From: Escherichia phage ESCO5
Length of the DNA stretch: 64,000 nucleotides
Direction: 5' to 3' (one strand)
Sequence record: NC_047776.2
Part shown: one piece after another, positions 19,398-27,069 of the stretch
Position numbering within the stretch: position 1 is the stretch's first letter
Layout of the letters: the number at the start of each line of letters is the position of its first letter
The notes under the pieces: generated by a model
Seen by the model: the letters and a program-made list of their open reading frames with translations, nothing else
Databases searched by the model: none
Told to the model about the DNA's origin: nothing
Translations under genes and position numbers: made by a program

Positions 19398-19556
19398 TGT
19401 TTCCTAATCCTCCTCTCTTAAGTTATCCTCGAAAAAACTAGTGTCTGGAAGTAAAAGATCATTACTTGTGTCGGGCCAATCCTCTTCTTCTCGGTAGATA
19501 AAGTAACCTTCGTCCTCTTCTTGTTCCGACCAAACCGAATGATGCATGTTCTCTCC

Positions 19557-19901
19557 TTAGTAGTGCACACGAATCATTTTAATACCATAACGCAGCATAG
19601 ATTCTTTTGCAAGCATGAATTTATCCCCAGCGGCGGGATTAGAAGTATGCACGAAAATGGTGGGTGAACCAAAGCAAGGTTTACCAAACGCCAGAAGTTC
19701 TTCCAGGTACAGGAAAACATCATACCCATCTTGGTCTGACTCCATACCTAAATCATTGTCAAAAGACCACTCGGTTACTCTTCGATACAGTTTAGCAGGA
19801 TCGTTGAGAAAGGCCATAGCTTCTTGTGACGTTTTAAACCAAATTGCATCCTCCTGTCCATAGTCGGCTGGGTTCCGCATATCATCTATCCAAACTTTCA
19901 T
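19557..19901 (-). CDS. hypothetical protein
   Basis: 114-aa ORF. Confidence 0.4.
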   Translation of the reverse strand: MKVWIDDMRNPADYGQEDAIWFKTSQEAMAFLNDPAKLYRRVTEWSFDNDLGMESDQDGYDVFLYLEELLAFGKPCFGSPTIFVHTSNPAAGDKFMLAKESMLRYGIKMIRVHY

Positions 19902-19911
19902 ATAACCTCCT

Positions 19912-20382
19912 TTAAGCTGGCATGATTAAAAAAGAACTTTCCACTTCAAAATGCCAATCATCAACAAGCCCTGATTCCCAATCCTTCTCTTCATGGAAAG
20001 AGCAAATCCAACGGTACATACCTGGCGGTGTATTCTCAACATCTTCTGGCAACCCATAATCCAAAGCTGTCTTACCGTTCTCTGTAAAACTAGGATGGAG
20101 ATTAGGAGCCTTCAGTACAGAAACCATACCTCCAACATCCACAGCTACGATCCACTCTGTCATGTATGGGCTGTCATATTGAGGCTCATCAGAACCTACC
20201 TCAACAGCCTCTGTGCGTAAGATGATAATAGCCTGCTCTGTGATTGGGGCTTTGACAATATAACCGTGGTCCTCAAAAAGATCGATAACCTCGAACTCAT
20301 CGCCGTTTTCGACACCATAACTCTTATTCAAAGAGATAAACTTCGGGTTATCATCGTAAGCTTTAGTTACTTTAATTCTCAT
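19912..20382 (-). CDS. hypothetical protein
   Basis: 156-aa ORF. Confidence 0.4.
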   Translation of the reverse strand: MRIKVTKAYDDNPKFISLNKSYGVENGDEFEVIDLFEDHGYIVKAPITEQAIIILRTEAVEVGSDEPQYDSPYMTEWIVAVDVGGMVSVLKAPNLHPSFTENGKTALDYGLPEDVENTPPGMYRWICSFHEEKDWESGLVDDWHFEVESSFLIMPA

Positions 20383-20603
20383 TTTTCCTCCTTCACTTTA
20401 ACCTCAAATTCTACAGGATTACCCTCAATGTAAAAACACTGATACTCTGCCTTATCATCATCATCACGAGGCCAAGTTACCAAGGAGTTATAGCAATCTT
20501 CTGGTGCTTTGAAGATGGTTTTAGTCTCCACAGTAACATTCCCATTAAGTGTTGCCAATACCACCCACCCAGCTACAGGGATCATAGTGCCTCCACTTTC
20601 CAC
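20379..20603 (-). CDS. hypothetical protein
   Basis: 74-aa ORF. Confidence 0.35.
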   Translation of the reverse strand: MESGGTMIPVAGWVVLATLNGNVTVETKTIFKAPEDCYNSLVTWPRDDDDKAEYQCFYIEGNPVEFEVKVKEEK

Positions 20604-20764
20604 GTTTTACCCTTATCAACCAAGGTCTTTGCTACAGCATACTCCTTCCCATTAACAATGAAATAATAAACTATAAAAGATTTTCCGATTGTTACTGTCT
20701 TAGTAACCTCTACGCGTTTAACACCTTGCATGTATTTTGCCTTACCGGAATAGAGTAAAATCAT
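20582..20764 (-). CDS. hypothetical protein
   Basis: 60-aa ORF. Confidence 0.3.
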   Translation of the reverse strand: MILLYSGKAKYMQGVKRVEVTKTVTIGKSFIVYYFIVNGKEYAVAKTLVDKGKTWKVEAL

Positions 20765-21042
20765 TTTGCATTCCTCTTGTTGTTGATAACATCCATAGCA
20801 GTATATGGTTTATTAGTGCCATGATACTCCAGAATCATTGGAGATCCTTCTTGCACTACTTCAAAGATACCATAAACAGAACTTTCAGCAAATACCATTT
20901 GCTTCGTACCTTCATCGTTTACAACGAGAGAAAACTTCTTGCCTGTCCCGTTGAGGATCTCGTATTTCTTGCCAGCCGTGAATAATCCAGAGTACCACTC
21001 ATTATCTGTTGCTTTTACACACTTCAGGAAAGTCTTGATCAT
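20761..21042 (-). CDS. hypothetical protein
   Basis: 93-aa ORF. Confidence 0.4.
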   Translation of the reverse strand: MIKTFLKCVKATDNEWYSGLFTAGKKYEILNGTGKKFSLVVNDEGTKQMVFAESSVYGIFEVVQEGSPMILEYHGTNKPYTAMDVINNKRNAK

Positions 21043-21607
21043 TTCTTTTTATCTCCTCTTTTAATCTATCTACTATACGAACATCATAGACGCCCTCTGT
21101 ATACATGTCAATAACTTCTTCAAGATAAACTTTTTTAGCTTTTCTGTAAGCTTCTTTTGCTGCCTCTTCTGTAGAAAAACTTCCAAGATAGAAGCCCTTA
21201 CCGAACTTACGGATGCTCGCTTGGTAGACCTTATCTCTCTTGTGATATGTAACACCCCTATAAGATGTCGAACCCATAAGTGCAAAATTCACATACTCTG
21301 GTATAAAGACACACGTGCTTGGTGAATAAACTTTAGAATCGGAAAGAAAATCCTTATCTAAAACTTTACCTTCCCAAGATTGACTCTCCATCCAGTTTTT
21401 GAAGTTAGAGAAGACCAACCATTCATCACAAACTTGAGAATTTTTGTATGCTGGCATCCTTGCCAACTGCTTCTCACAGTAACACCTACGCAACATATCC
21501 GTCCATCTCTCGTAATAAGGGCATGTCTTCCTTTTACCATCTTCTCCCCAAAAAGTAACTGGAACTTTTGAATCATTTATTCCTTTTCCGAACACTAGTT
21601 TTTTCAT
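21002..21607 (-). mobile_element. AP2-domain homing endonuclease-like gene (paralog of 4064-4723)
   Basis: 201 aa; YRGVTYHKRDKVYQASIRKFGKGFYLGSFSTEEAAKEAY AP2-like; shares VY(S/C)P..C.F(I/V)PEYVN segment with 4064-4723. Confidence 0.5.
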
Positions 21608-21926
21608 AAATTTTTAATACTCCGTTTTCTTTTGCACAGGTTGGTACTGTCTTAAGTCCTCTTCGTTTTGCATCTGGAAGATTGAGTGTCCACCATCCGA
21701 ACCAATAAATTTGGTCTGCCGTGAGTGGTTCAGCCATTGGATCTGCCTCCTGCTCCTCAAGACGTTGCAACGCTTCTTCAATCTTCTCGATTGGTGTGTC
21801 AAAGACGAATGCCTCCGTATCAAATTTATCTTTCTTAGGAACTGATTTGGCTACTTTGAGAACCTCGTTTTTCGGTTTCTTAGTAACGTTCTTTGGCTTT
21901 GATAACTTCTTCGGTGTTTTCGCCAC
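21573..21926 (-). CDS. hypothetical basic protein
   Basis: 117-aa ORF, lysine-rich N-terminus. Confidence 0.35.
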   Translation of the reverse strand: MAKTPKKLSKPKNVTKKPKNEVLKVAKSVPKKDKFDTEAFVFDTPIEKIEEALQRLEEQEADPMAEPLTADQIYWFGWWTLNLPDAKRRGLKTVPTCAKENGVLKIYEKTSVRKRNK

Positions 21927-22119
21927 TTACTACCTCCATACGATCTAAAAAGTCATTCACAAATCTCCAGTAACGTTGACCTGTTCTAAGATCTTCATAG
22001 ATAACCACAGGATCAAACACTTTAGATATTCCGGCGGGTTTTGGAAATTCCACTACTGTATATAAACCACCTTTTGCTACACAAGAATAGGTTACGCCTG
22101 TAATTGGATAGTTGCTCAT
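21880..22119 (-). CDS. hypothetical protein
   Basis: 79-aa ORF. Confidence 0.35.
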   Translation of the reverse strand: MSNYPITGVTYSCVAKGGLYTVVEFPKPAGISKVFDPVVIYEDLRTGQRYWRFVNDFLDRMEVVSGENTEEVIKAKERY

Positions 22120-22310
22120 TTCTTTACGTACTCCATGATTGGGGTATGGTCGCCAGTAAGCGTAACACGGCTGTAGGACACATCTTGTGTCTTCAATGTA
22201 TCAATCCACTCTAAGAAGTGTTCTTTCGCTTCTGTGTAGTTCTGTGTGCCTTTAACAACGTGTATACCATCTAGAGTTACACGGAATACCATTTGAATAA
22301 CGTCTTTCAT
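22116..22310 (-). CDS. hypothetical protein
   Basis: 64-aa ORF. Confidence 0.35.
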   Translation of the reverse strand: MKDVIQMVFRVTLDGIHVVKGTQNYTEAKEHFLEWIDTLKTQDVSYSRVTLTGDHTPIMEYVKK

Positions 22311-22423
22311 TTCTTACCTCCCTTGTTTTCAAAATAACTTACTAGAACATCGTGAACCACACACATGGCAAAAATCAGAACAATTGTTGTCAGGACTGGA
22401 TTCTCACTAATTAGTGCTATCAT
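22307..22423 (-). CDS. hypothetical small membrane protein
   Basis: Internal start of track ORF 22307-22504 (MIALISENPVLTTIVLIFAM...) preceded by GGAGGTGG RBS. Confidence 0.3.
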   Translation of the reverse strand: MIALISENPVLTTIVLIFAMCVVHDVLVSYFENKGGKK

Positions 22424-22730
22424 CTTTAACCACCTCCAATTGCCTTTCGAGTTTGACTTTGTTTGAGAACTGATAATGACACAACTTACATTGCATGTCA
22501 ACAATCTGATCGTGATTTAACCCTACAATTTTAACTTCCTTTGCACCATCCCACTCCAAATACTCAAAGCCATCCAAATGATTACTCTTGTCCAACAGGA
22601 ATGCTATCTGCTGCCATTCAATCTGAATGTCATTTAAATGATATGCTGCACAGAATATATCTTCATAGTAAAAAACGATCATTGTCATTGCTTCGTCCAG
22701 CACAACTACCTCTTGTCTTGTAAATCTCAT
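22407..22730 (-). CDS. hypothetical protein (first gene of the leftward early block)
   Basis: 107-aa ORF abutting the divergent intergenic region. Confidence 0.4.
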   Translation of the reverse strand: MRFTRQEVVVLDEAMTMIVFYYEDIFCAAYHLNDIQIEWQQIAFLLDKSNHLDGFEYLEWDGAKEVKIVGLNHDQIVDMQCKLCHYQFSNKVKLERQLEVVKDDSTN

Positions 22731-22974
22731 TCTAGCCTCCTAAACGCGTCTCTGACGCACTTTTTATATATAAGATGATAAATCACCTTACCTAGTAAGT
22801 GAACTTGCTCTACGAGCCTCTTATGAAGCTTATGTTATAGGCTATACTATTGCTACCTGTTTAAGCAAGGTTTTTGCACAAAGAAAATAATTTTTAATAA
22901 AACTCTTGACTTTTGTGTTCGAAGTATGCTACCCTAGAAATCTATTAACGAGCGCAGCGAGTTAAGGTTTTAGG

Positions 22975-23200
22975 TTGTTGATGTAGTACTCTGTACTCAA
23001 GTACTGTACTCCGTACTAGATTAATAATTATTAAATATTAATAATAAATAATTATTAGATCTAACAAACAGGTACAGTGTATCAGAACTGGTACGTACAG
23101 ATCAACTTCTATCAATTAAAAAATAAAATAATAAATTATTATAAATAATACTTGATCTATAGATCAGTATGAAGTACAGTACAGAACATCTTAACAAGAA
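22975..23200. promoter_or_regulatory. divergent AT-rich control region with GTAC-core repeats and GATC palindromes (candidate origin / promoter hub)
   Basis: Six or more GTACT/GTACAG repeats in both orientations flanking AT-only stretches; palindrome GATCTATAGATC; lies between minus-strand early and plus-strand blocks. Confidence 0.4.
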
Positions 23201-23211
23201 TGGAGGTGTGC

Positions 23212-23385
23212 AATGATTAGCGAGAATCCGTGCAAATGGCATCATGTACCTATTAAAGATTGTATGTCTTGTAATCCACGTTCTATTTATAACATTGCAT
23301 CTTATGACGATGACAATGTGTTAGACGATGATGAAGGCTGGGAGGATTTAGATTGGACTGGTTATGAAACCAAAAAAGGATAAAA
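23212..23385 (+). CDS. hypothetical small protein
   Basis: 57-aa ORF MISENPCKWHHVPIKDCMSCNPRS... with GGAGG RBS; below track cutoff. Confidence 0.35.
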
Positions 23386-23395
23386 TTATTCCTAG

Positions 23396-23424
23396 TTGAC
23401 TTAAGATATCCTTCGTGCTAAACT
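23396..23424 (+). promoter_or_regulatory. sigma70-like promoter
   Basis: TTGACT, 17-nt spacer, TAAACT. Confidence 0.4.
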
Positions 23425-23436
23425 AGAAGTGAGGAG

Positions 23437-23688
23437 ATGCCGATCACTCCCCATTTGGGGTTCGAAGGATATATGCAAAATAGTTTTTATTTTAGGCGCC
23501 GTGCTTGTAATAGGCATTTGACAAACCACTCCAGACGTGATAAAAATGGAGTCATCAAGGAATCAGACCTCTGTTCTATTTGCACAGGTTTGGCTTTTGA
23601 TGATAGTCCCGAAAGGGTTTATCAGCATCAATGTATAACAGACGTTCTCGTGTCAAACTTGGTAGAGGACGAACAACTAACAGATTAG
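23437..23688 (+). CDS. hypothetical protein
   Basis: 83-aa ORF with GAGGAG RBS. Confidence 0.4.
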   Translation: MPITPHLGFEGYMQNSFYFRRRACNRHLTNHSRRDKNGVIKESDLCSICTGLAFDDSPERVYQHQCITDVLVSNLVEDEQLTD

Positions 23689-23696
23689 GAGGAACA

Positions 23697-23945
23697 ATGT
23701 CTCTATTAGAAAAACACGTGTTTGAAGATGGTAACGGCAATGCAGTTTTTCTTTTCCATCCAGAAAAATACACATCTGAAAACAATGGTACAACTTCTAT
23801 TGTAATCACTAAAGATGTTAAAGTTATTGATTTCTTGGCTCTGATGCGAGAGATGGATCTTGAAATTAATACTTTTAACGCAGAAGCTTTGGTTGTTGCT
23901 CTTCTGGAAAAGAAAGATAGTGAAGAAGTAGCAGAATATGCTTAA
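23697..23945 (+). CDS. hypothetical protein
   Basis: Internal ATG of track ORF 23631-23945 preceded by AGGAGG (MSLLEKHVFEDGNGN...). Confidence 0.4.
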   Translation: MSLLEKHVFEDGNGNAVFLFHPEKYTSENNGTTSIVITKDVKVIDFLALMREMDLEINTFNAEALVVALLEKKDSEEVAEYA

Positions 23946-24192
23946 ATAACTATTGACAAACGTATCCTTCATATGTTAGGATACGTTCATCAAGTGTGGT
24001 AACAGGGTCGTTGACTTTTGTTAAGAGAGGCTTGCACTGCGGATAGTGTTAGAGACTACTTCTTCAGAGGTTAGCTACCAAAGAGGAAAAGGAATAGTCT
24101 CGGCTCAAGAACTTTTACGCTGAAAGTTGGGCTTGGTCTTAGAGAATGTAGCGGTTCCCTACAATCGTCAGCGTCTCTGTTACCACATTTAT

Positions 24193-24267
24193 GGCCCTGT
24201 AGCTCAATGGGAGAGCTGTCGGCTCATAACCGATAGGTAGCTGGATCGAAACCAGCCAGGGCCACCA
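24193..24267 (+). tRNA. tRNA with CAT anticodon (Met or Ile2)
   Basis: GGCCCTG acceptor pairs CAGGGCC; anticodon loop CTCATAA; encoded CCA. Confidence 0.7.
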
Positions 24268-24269
24268 AC

Positions 24270-24344
24270 GTCTTTATGGTGTAATGGATAGCACAGGAGT
24301 CTTCTAAACTCTTAGTCAAGGTTCGATTCCTTGTAAAGACACCA
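24270..24344 (+). tRNA. tRNA-Arg (TCT)
   Basis: Acceptor GTCTTTA/TAAAGAC; anticodon arm GGAGT-CTTCTAA-ACTCT; T-loop TTCGATT; CCA. Confidence 0.65.
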
Positions 24345-24540
24345 GAACATTTTAACATGAATTAGCTCAAGTGATTTGAACCCACTACTGATCATGGTGG
24401 CAGAGAATGAGGCAAGTATGTCAGACATTATAAACAAAGGCCACGGTTATATTAGAAGACATAAATGCTCGAAGAGCACCGTTCGTGGAGAACGGGGGTT
24501 GGTGGAGTCACCATTCATGGTAAAATGTTTTAAAAAACTA

Positions 24541-24569
24541 TTGACAACAAACATTATTTTATGTTAGAT
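24541..24569 (+). promoter_or_regulatory. sigma70-like promoter
   Basis: TTGACA, 17-nt spacer, TTAGAT; upstream of tRNA-Ser. Confidence 0.4.
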
Positions 24570-24578
24570 TATAAGTAT

Positions 24579-24669
24579 GGAAGGGCAAATCGACGTGGCG
24601 ACGAAAACGGTCTTGAAAACCGCCGAGCTTGAAAGAGCCTTGGGAGTTCGACTCTCCCTCCTTCCGCCA
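24579..24669 (+). tRNA. tRNA-Ser (TGA), type II
   Basis: Acceptor GGAAGGG/TCCTTCC, loop CTTGAAA, long variable arm; close to E. coli Ser(UGA) arms. Confidence 0.65.
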
Positions 24670-24674
24670 GATTA

Positions 24675-24760
24675 GGTAGATTGGTGAAATGGTAGCCACG
24701 ACAGTTTGCTAAACTGTAGTCGGAAACGGCGTGTAGGTTCGAGTCCTACATCTACCGCCA
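24675..24760 (+). tRNA. tRNA-Ser (GCT), type II
   Basis: Acceptor GGTAGAT/ATCTACC, anticodon loop TTGCTAA, long variable arm, CCA. Confidence 0.6.
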
Positions 24761-24890
24761 AGTTCTTTTTAATGTAGCTTACTTTAGCAGAGTAAATCTT
24801 CGGCAAGTGGCGGTAACCACTTTACCGATACCTCATAGTTAGTGGTGCGAACACTGGCTATTTTAAAAAGAATTTAAATATTAGTATTTA

Positions 24891-24978
24891 GGTGAGTTAA
24901 TTCCGTAGGGGTAGCGGGGCAGACTGTAAATCTGTTATCATTGCGATTCGGGTGGTTCGACTCCATCACTCACCACCA
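24891..24978 (+). tRNA. tRNA-Tyr (GTA), type II
   Basis: Acceptor GGTGAGT/ACTCACC, anticodon arm CAGA-CTGTAAA-TCTG, long variable arm, CCA. Confidence 0.6.
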
Positions 24979-24984
24979 AATTAA

Positions 24985-25070
24985 GATGAGTTGGCTGAAT
25001 GGTTTAAGCGGCGGACTGTTAATCCGTGTTCGAAAGAACAATATAGGTTCGAATCCTATACTCATCGCCA
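24985..25070 (+). tRNA. tRNA-Asn (GTT) with an unusually long variable arm
   Basis: Acceptor GATGAGT/ACTCATC, discriminator G; anticodon arm GCGGA-CTGTTAA-TCCGT matches E. coli tRNA-Asn; ~15-nt GTTCGAAAGAAC hairpin before T-arm; 86 nt. Confidence 0.5.
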
Positions 25071-25080
25071 GAATTATGGA

Positions 25081-25158
25081 CTTGTAGAGTTAAGGTAAAC
25101 CCCCAGTCGCCAATAGGCTTCTGGAATTGCAGGTATCGAATCCTGCCGAGTCCCAGCA
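25081..25158 (+). ncRNA. tRNA-like element, anticodon arm unresolved
   Basis: Acceptor GGACTTG/CGAGTCC and T-arm GCAGG-TATCGAAT-CCTGC present; central region does not fold into canonical D/anticodon arms by eye; no CCA. Confidence 0.3.
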
Positions 25159-25160
25159 TT

Positions 25161-25235
25161 GCTCCTATAGTATAATGGCTATTACAACGGTTTTGTAATC
25201 CGTGGATCTCTGTTCGATTCAGTGTGGGAGCACCA
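25161..25235 (+). tRNA. tRNA-Thr (TGT) (putative)
   Basis: Acceptor GCTCCTA/TGGGAGC, D-arm like E. coli Gly, anticodon loop TTTGTAA, CCA. Confidence 0.5.
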
Positions 25236-25508
25236 ACACAACATTAAGAGCACTGTGATTGATCGTCGTATCCTGTGCACAAGGTCTGCTCGAAAGACAG
25301 TGTTCTTAGTATTGTGTTGATCACAAAAAGAGTCACCCGAAACTTGACCGGAGTAGGGTTGGATGGGGCAAAATGAGAAGCGGCTCTCCCATCGACAGCA
25401 ACGAAGAATAATATTTGACTTTTGTTTTGTATTATTTTAAGTTAGCTTACCGAACGTAGGGCTAGTCACCCAACGGGATACTCGTCACTGTCCCACTCAA
25501 TAAAACTA

Positions 25509-25538
25509 TTGACAACCAATAGTAAAATGTAGTATAGT
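25509..25538 (+). promoter_or_regulatory. sigma70-like promoter
   Basis: TTGACA, 18-nt spacer, TATAGT; upstream of tRNA-Gly. Confidence 0.45.
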
Positions 25539-25549
25539 AAAGATGTAGG

Positions 25550-25623
25550 GCGTTCTTGGTGTAGCGGTAGCATTCCGTCCTTCCAAGTCGGCGGCACGAG
25601 TTCGATCCTCGTAGAACGCTCCA
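25550..25623 (+). tRNA. tRNA-Gly (TCC)
   Basis: Acceptor GCGTTCT/AGAACGC, anticodon loop CTTCCAA, T-loop TTCGATC, CCA. Confidence 0.6.
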
Positions 25624-25721
25624 AATTATTTAATAAAGGGTTGCCAGAAAACTTTCTCTTTTACTCATGGTTTTCTCCTTCTCTCACACTTCTTCTGGTT
25701 GCCCTTCATTAAATGATTTAT

Positions 25722-25797
25722 TGGTTTGTAGTGTAGTCCGGTAGCACACGACACTTTGACTGTCGTAGGTTTGGTTCAAATCCAGACAGACCAGCCA
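25722..25797 (+). tRNA. tRNA-Gln (TTG)
   Basis: T1-A72 start TGGTTTG/CAGACCA like E. coli Gln, anticodon arm CGACA-CTTTGAC-TGTCG, CCA. Confidence 0.65.
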
Positions 25798-25870
25798 TAT
25801 AACAAAGGTGAGTCACTACCTTAAGTGTGAAGTTAAAAACGAGGAGCCGCCGAACACTTTCTTTTGCGGT

Positions 25871-25947
25871 GTACCTTTAGAATGTTATCACGGGACGTAG
25901 CACAGCTTGGTAGTGCGCTCGCTTTGGGAGCGAGAGGTCGAGTGTTC
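25871..25947 (+). tRNA. tRNA-Pro (TGG)
   Basis: Acceptor CGGGACG/CGTCCCG, anticodon arm CTCGC-TTTGGGA-GCGAG, CCA. Confidence 0.7.
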
Positions 25948-25953
25948 GAATCA

Positions 25954-26027
25954 CTCCGTCCCGACCAATTAAATGTTTCGTAGTTCAATGGTAGAACCCA
26001 CGACTGATAATCGTGAGACACAAGTTC
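25954..26027 (+). tRNA. tRNA-Ile (GAT)
   Basis: Acceptor TGTTTCG/CGAAACA, anticodon arm CACGA-CTGATAA-TCGTG, CCA. Confidence 0.65.
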
Positions 26028-26028
26028 G

Positions 26029-26098
26029 ATTCTTGTCGAAACAACCAGTTTCCCGTTAGACTTACAGGATAAGAGATCCACAATTTATTGTGACGCTG
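26029..26098 (+). ncRNA. tRNA-like element, anticodon arm unresolved
   Basis: T-arm GCTGG-TTCGAAT-CCAGC and acceptor-like TCCCGT/ACGGGA; interior has a CACAAT-TT-ATTGTG hairpin instead of a 7-nt anticodon loop; no CCA. Confidence 0.3.
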
Positions 26099-26125
26099 GT
26101 TCGAATCCAGCACGGGATACATAAT

Positions 26126-26204
26126 AGCGGGATAGAGGAGTCTGGTCGTCCTCGCCAGTTTCATATGCTGGAGATCATTGGTTCAAATCCAATTCCCGCC
26201 TCCA
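26126..26204 (+). tRNA. second tRNA with CAT anticodon (Met or Ile2)
   Basis: Anticodon arm CCAGT-TTCATAT-GCTGG, T-loop TTCAAAT, 3' TCCCGCC-T-CCA; possible 1-72 A/C mismatch. Confidence 0.55.
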
Positions 26205-26318
26205 AATATCGCTTGCCAGCGGTATCTTTGAAGACCTTGCCTGGTTCCTTCTAAGATGGAGGGGTGCGACTCCTTAACGCACAATCATAATAAAGCATTT
26301 CAAATTAACAGTATTTAT

Positions 26319-26343
26319 TGGCCTCCTTATTGGAGGCTTTTTG
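26319..26343 (+). terminator. rho-independent terminator closing the tRNA array
   Basis: GCCTCC-TTATT-GGAGGC followed by TTTTT. Confidence 0.7.
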
Positions 26344-26361
26344 CTATCTATCGAATAAAAC

Positions 26362-26390
26362 TTGACTTATTATTTTTTATATGTTAAGAT
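26362..26390 (+). promoter_or_regulatory. sigma70-like promoter
   Basis: TTGACT, 17-nt spacer, TAAGAT; upstream of 26412 gene. Confidence 0.45.
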
Positions 26391-26411
26391 AAAGTTTAGG
26401 AGGATTTTATT

Positions 26412-26708
26412 ATGCCTAAACTAAAACGTGGTCGTGGAAGACCAACAGCCGAAATGCAACAGATTTACGCAATGGATGCGGCGCAAGCAAGTGTAAAAGA
26501 ATTATTTGCAGAGCATTATTTAGAAGCTATGCGGTATATTGTTGAACTTGTTAATGATAAGGATGCAGCAAAACCTCTCCGCTTCCAAGCAGCTAAAGCT
26601 ATTAAAGAGCAAGTAGAAGAATGGTTAGAAGAACATTATGAAGCTATGGAAGAAGAAACCCCTGCCGTGCAGAATACAGATGACGTTCCTAAAAAGATCG
26701 TAATCTAA
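26412..26708 (+). CDS. small AT-hook-like DNA-binding protein (putative)
   Basis: 98 aa; N-terminal PKLKRGRGRPT (GRP core with basic flanks), acidic helical remainder; AGGAGG RBS. Confidence 0.45.
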   Translation: MPKLKRGRGRPTAEMQQIYAMDAAQASVKELFAEHYLEAMRYIVELVNDKDAAKPLRFQAAKAIKEQVEEWLEEHYEAMEEETPAVQNTDDVPKKIVI

Positions 26709-26723
26709 TCCCTCTCCTCTCTT

Positions 26724-26787
26724 GGGGCTTTGCCCCTCCTCCTTGTTATTTTTAACACCCCTCTCCGAAAGGTTAGGGGCTTTTTTA
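26724..26787 (+). terminator. tandem rho-independent terminators
   Basis: GGGGC-TTT-GCCCC then T-run; CCCCT...AGGGG then TTTTTT. Confidence 0.55.
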
Positions 26788-26797
26788 TTTTTAATGC

Positions 26798-26827
26798 TTG
26801 CAATTGTATATCCTTTTGTGATAAGAT
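26798..26827 (+). promoter_or_regulatory. sigma70-like promoter
   Basis: TTGCAA, 18-nt spacer, TAAGAT. Confidence 0.4.
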
Positions 26828-26848
26828 CAGATATGAGGAGGATAAAAT

Positions 26849-27019
26849 ATGCGCAATTTTGTAGTTAAAAATGATTTTAACCGTTCTTCTTATCATAAAG
26901 ATAAAAAGAATGATTACACACGGGCTTGGAACTTGGAGGAAGAACTTTATGATGACAGAGAAGACGTGGGAAGAGATCCTAGCGGAGGCTCAACCAATGG
27001 AAGTGAAGAAGATAGTTAA
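26849..27019 (+). CDS. hypothetical small protein
   Basis: 56-aa ORF MRNFVVKNDFNRSSYHKDKK... with GAGGAGG RBS; overlaps another frame (see rejected). Confidence 0.3.
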   Translation: MRNFVVKNDFNRSSYHKDKKNDYTRAWNLEEELYDDREDVGRDPSGGSTNGSEEDS

Positions 27020-27069
27020 TAATGCCCCTTCTCTTCCTAAAATAAAATTTTATGAGGAAGTAGAAGATA

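Noticed and set aside
22975-23200. Repeats considered as a possible CRISPR array
   Set aside because: Repeats are only 5-6 bp with irregular spacing and mixed orientation, with no spacer-like unique units; they look like iterons or operators.
24376-24567. 63-aa plus-strand ORF inside the tRNA array
   Set aside because: No convincing RBS, and its 3' end overlaps the promoter in front of tRNA-Ser; the region may instead be a structured RNA.
25833-26081. 82-aa minus-strand ORF from the track
   Set aside because: Entirely antisense to the tRNA-Pro and tRNA-Ile genes; an artefact of tRNA sequence.
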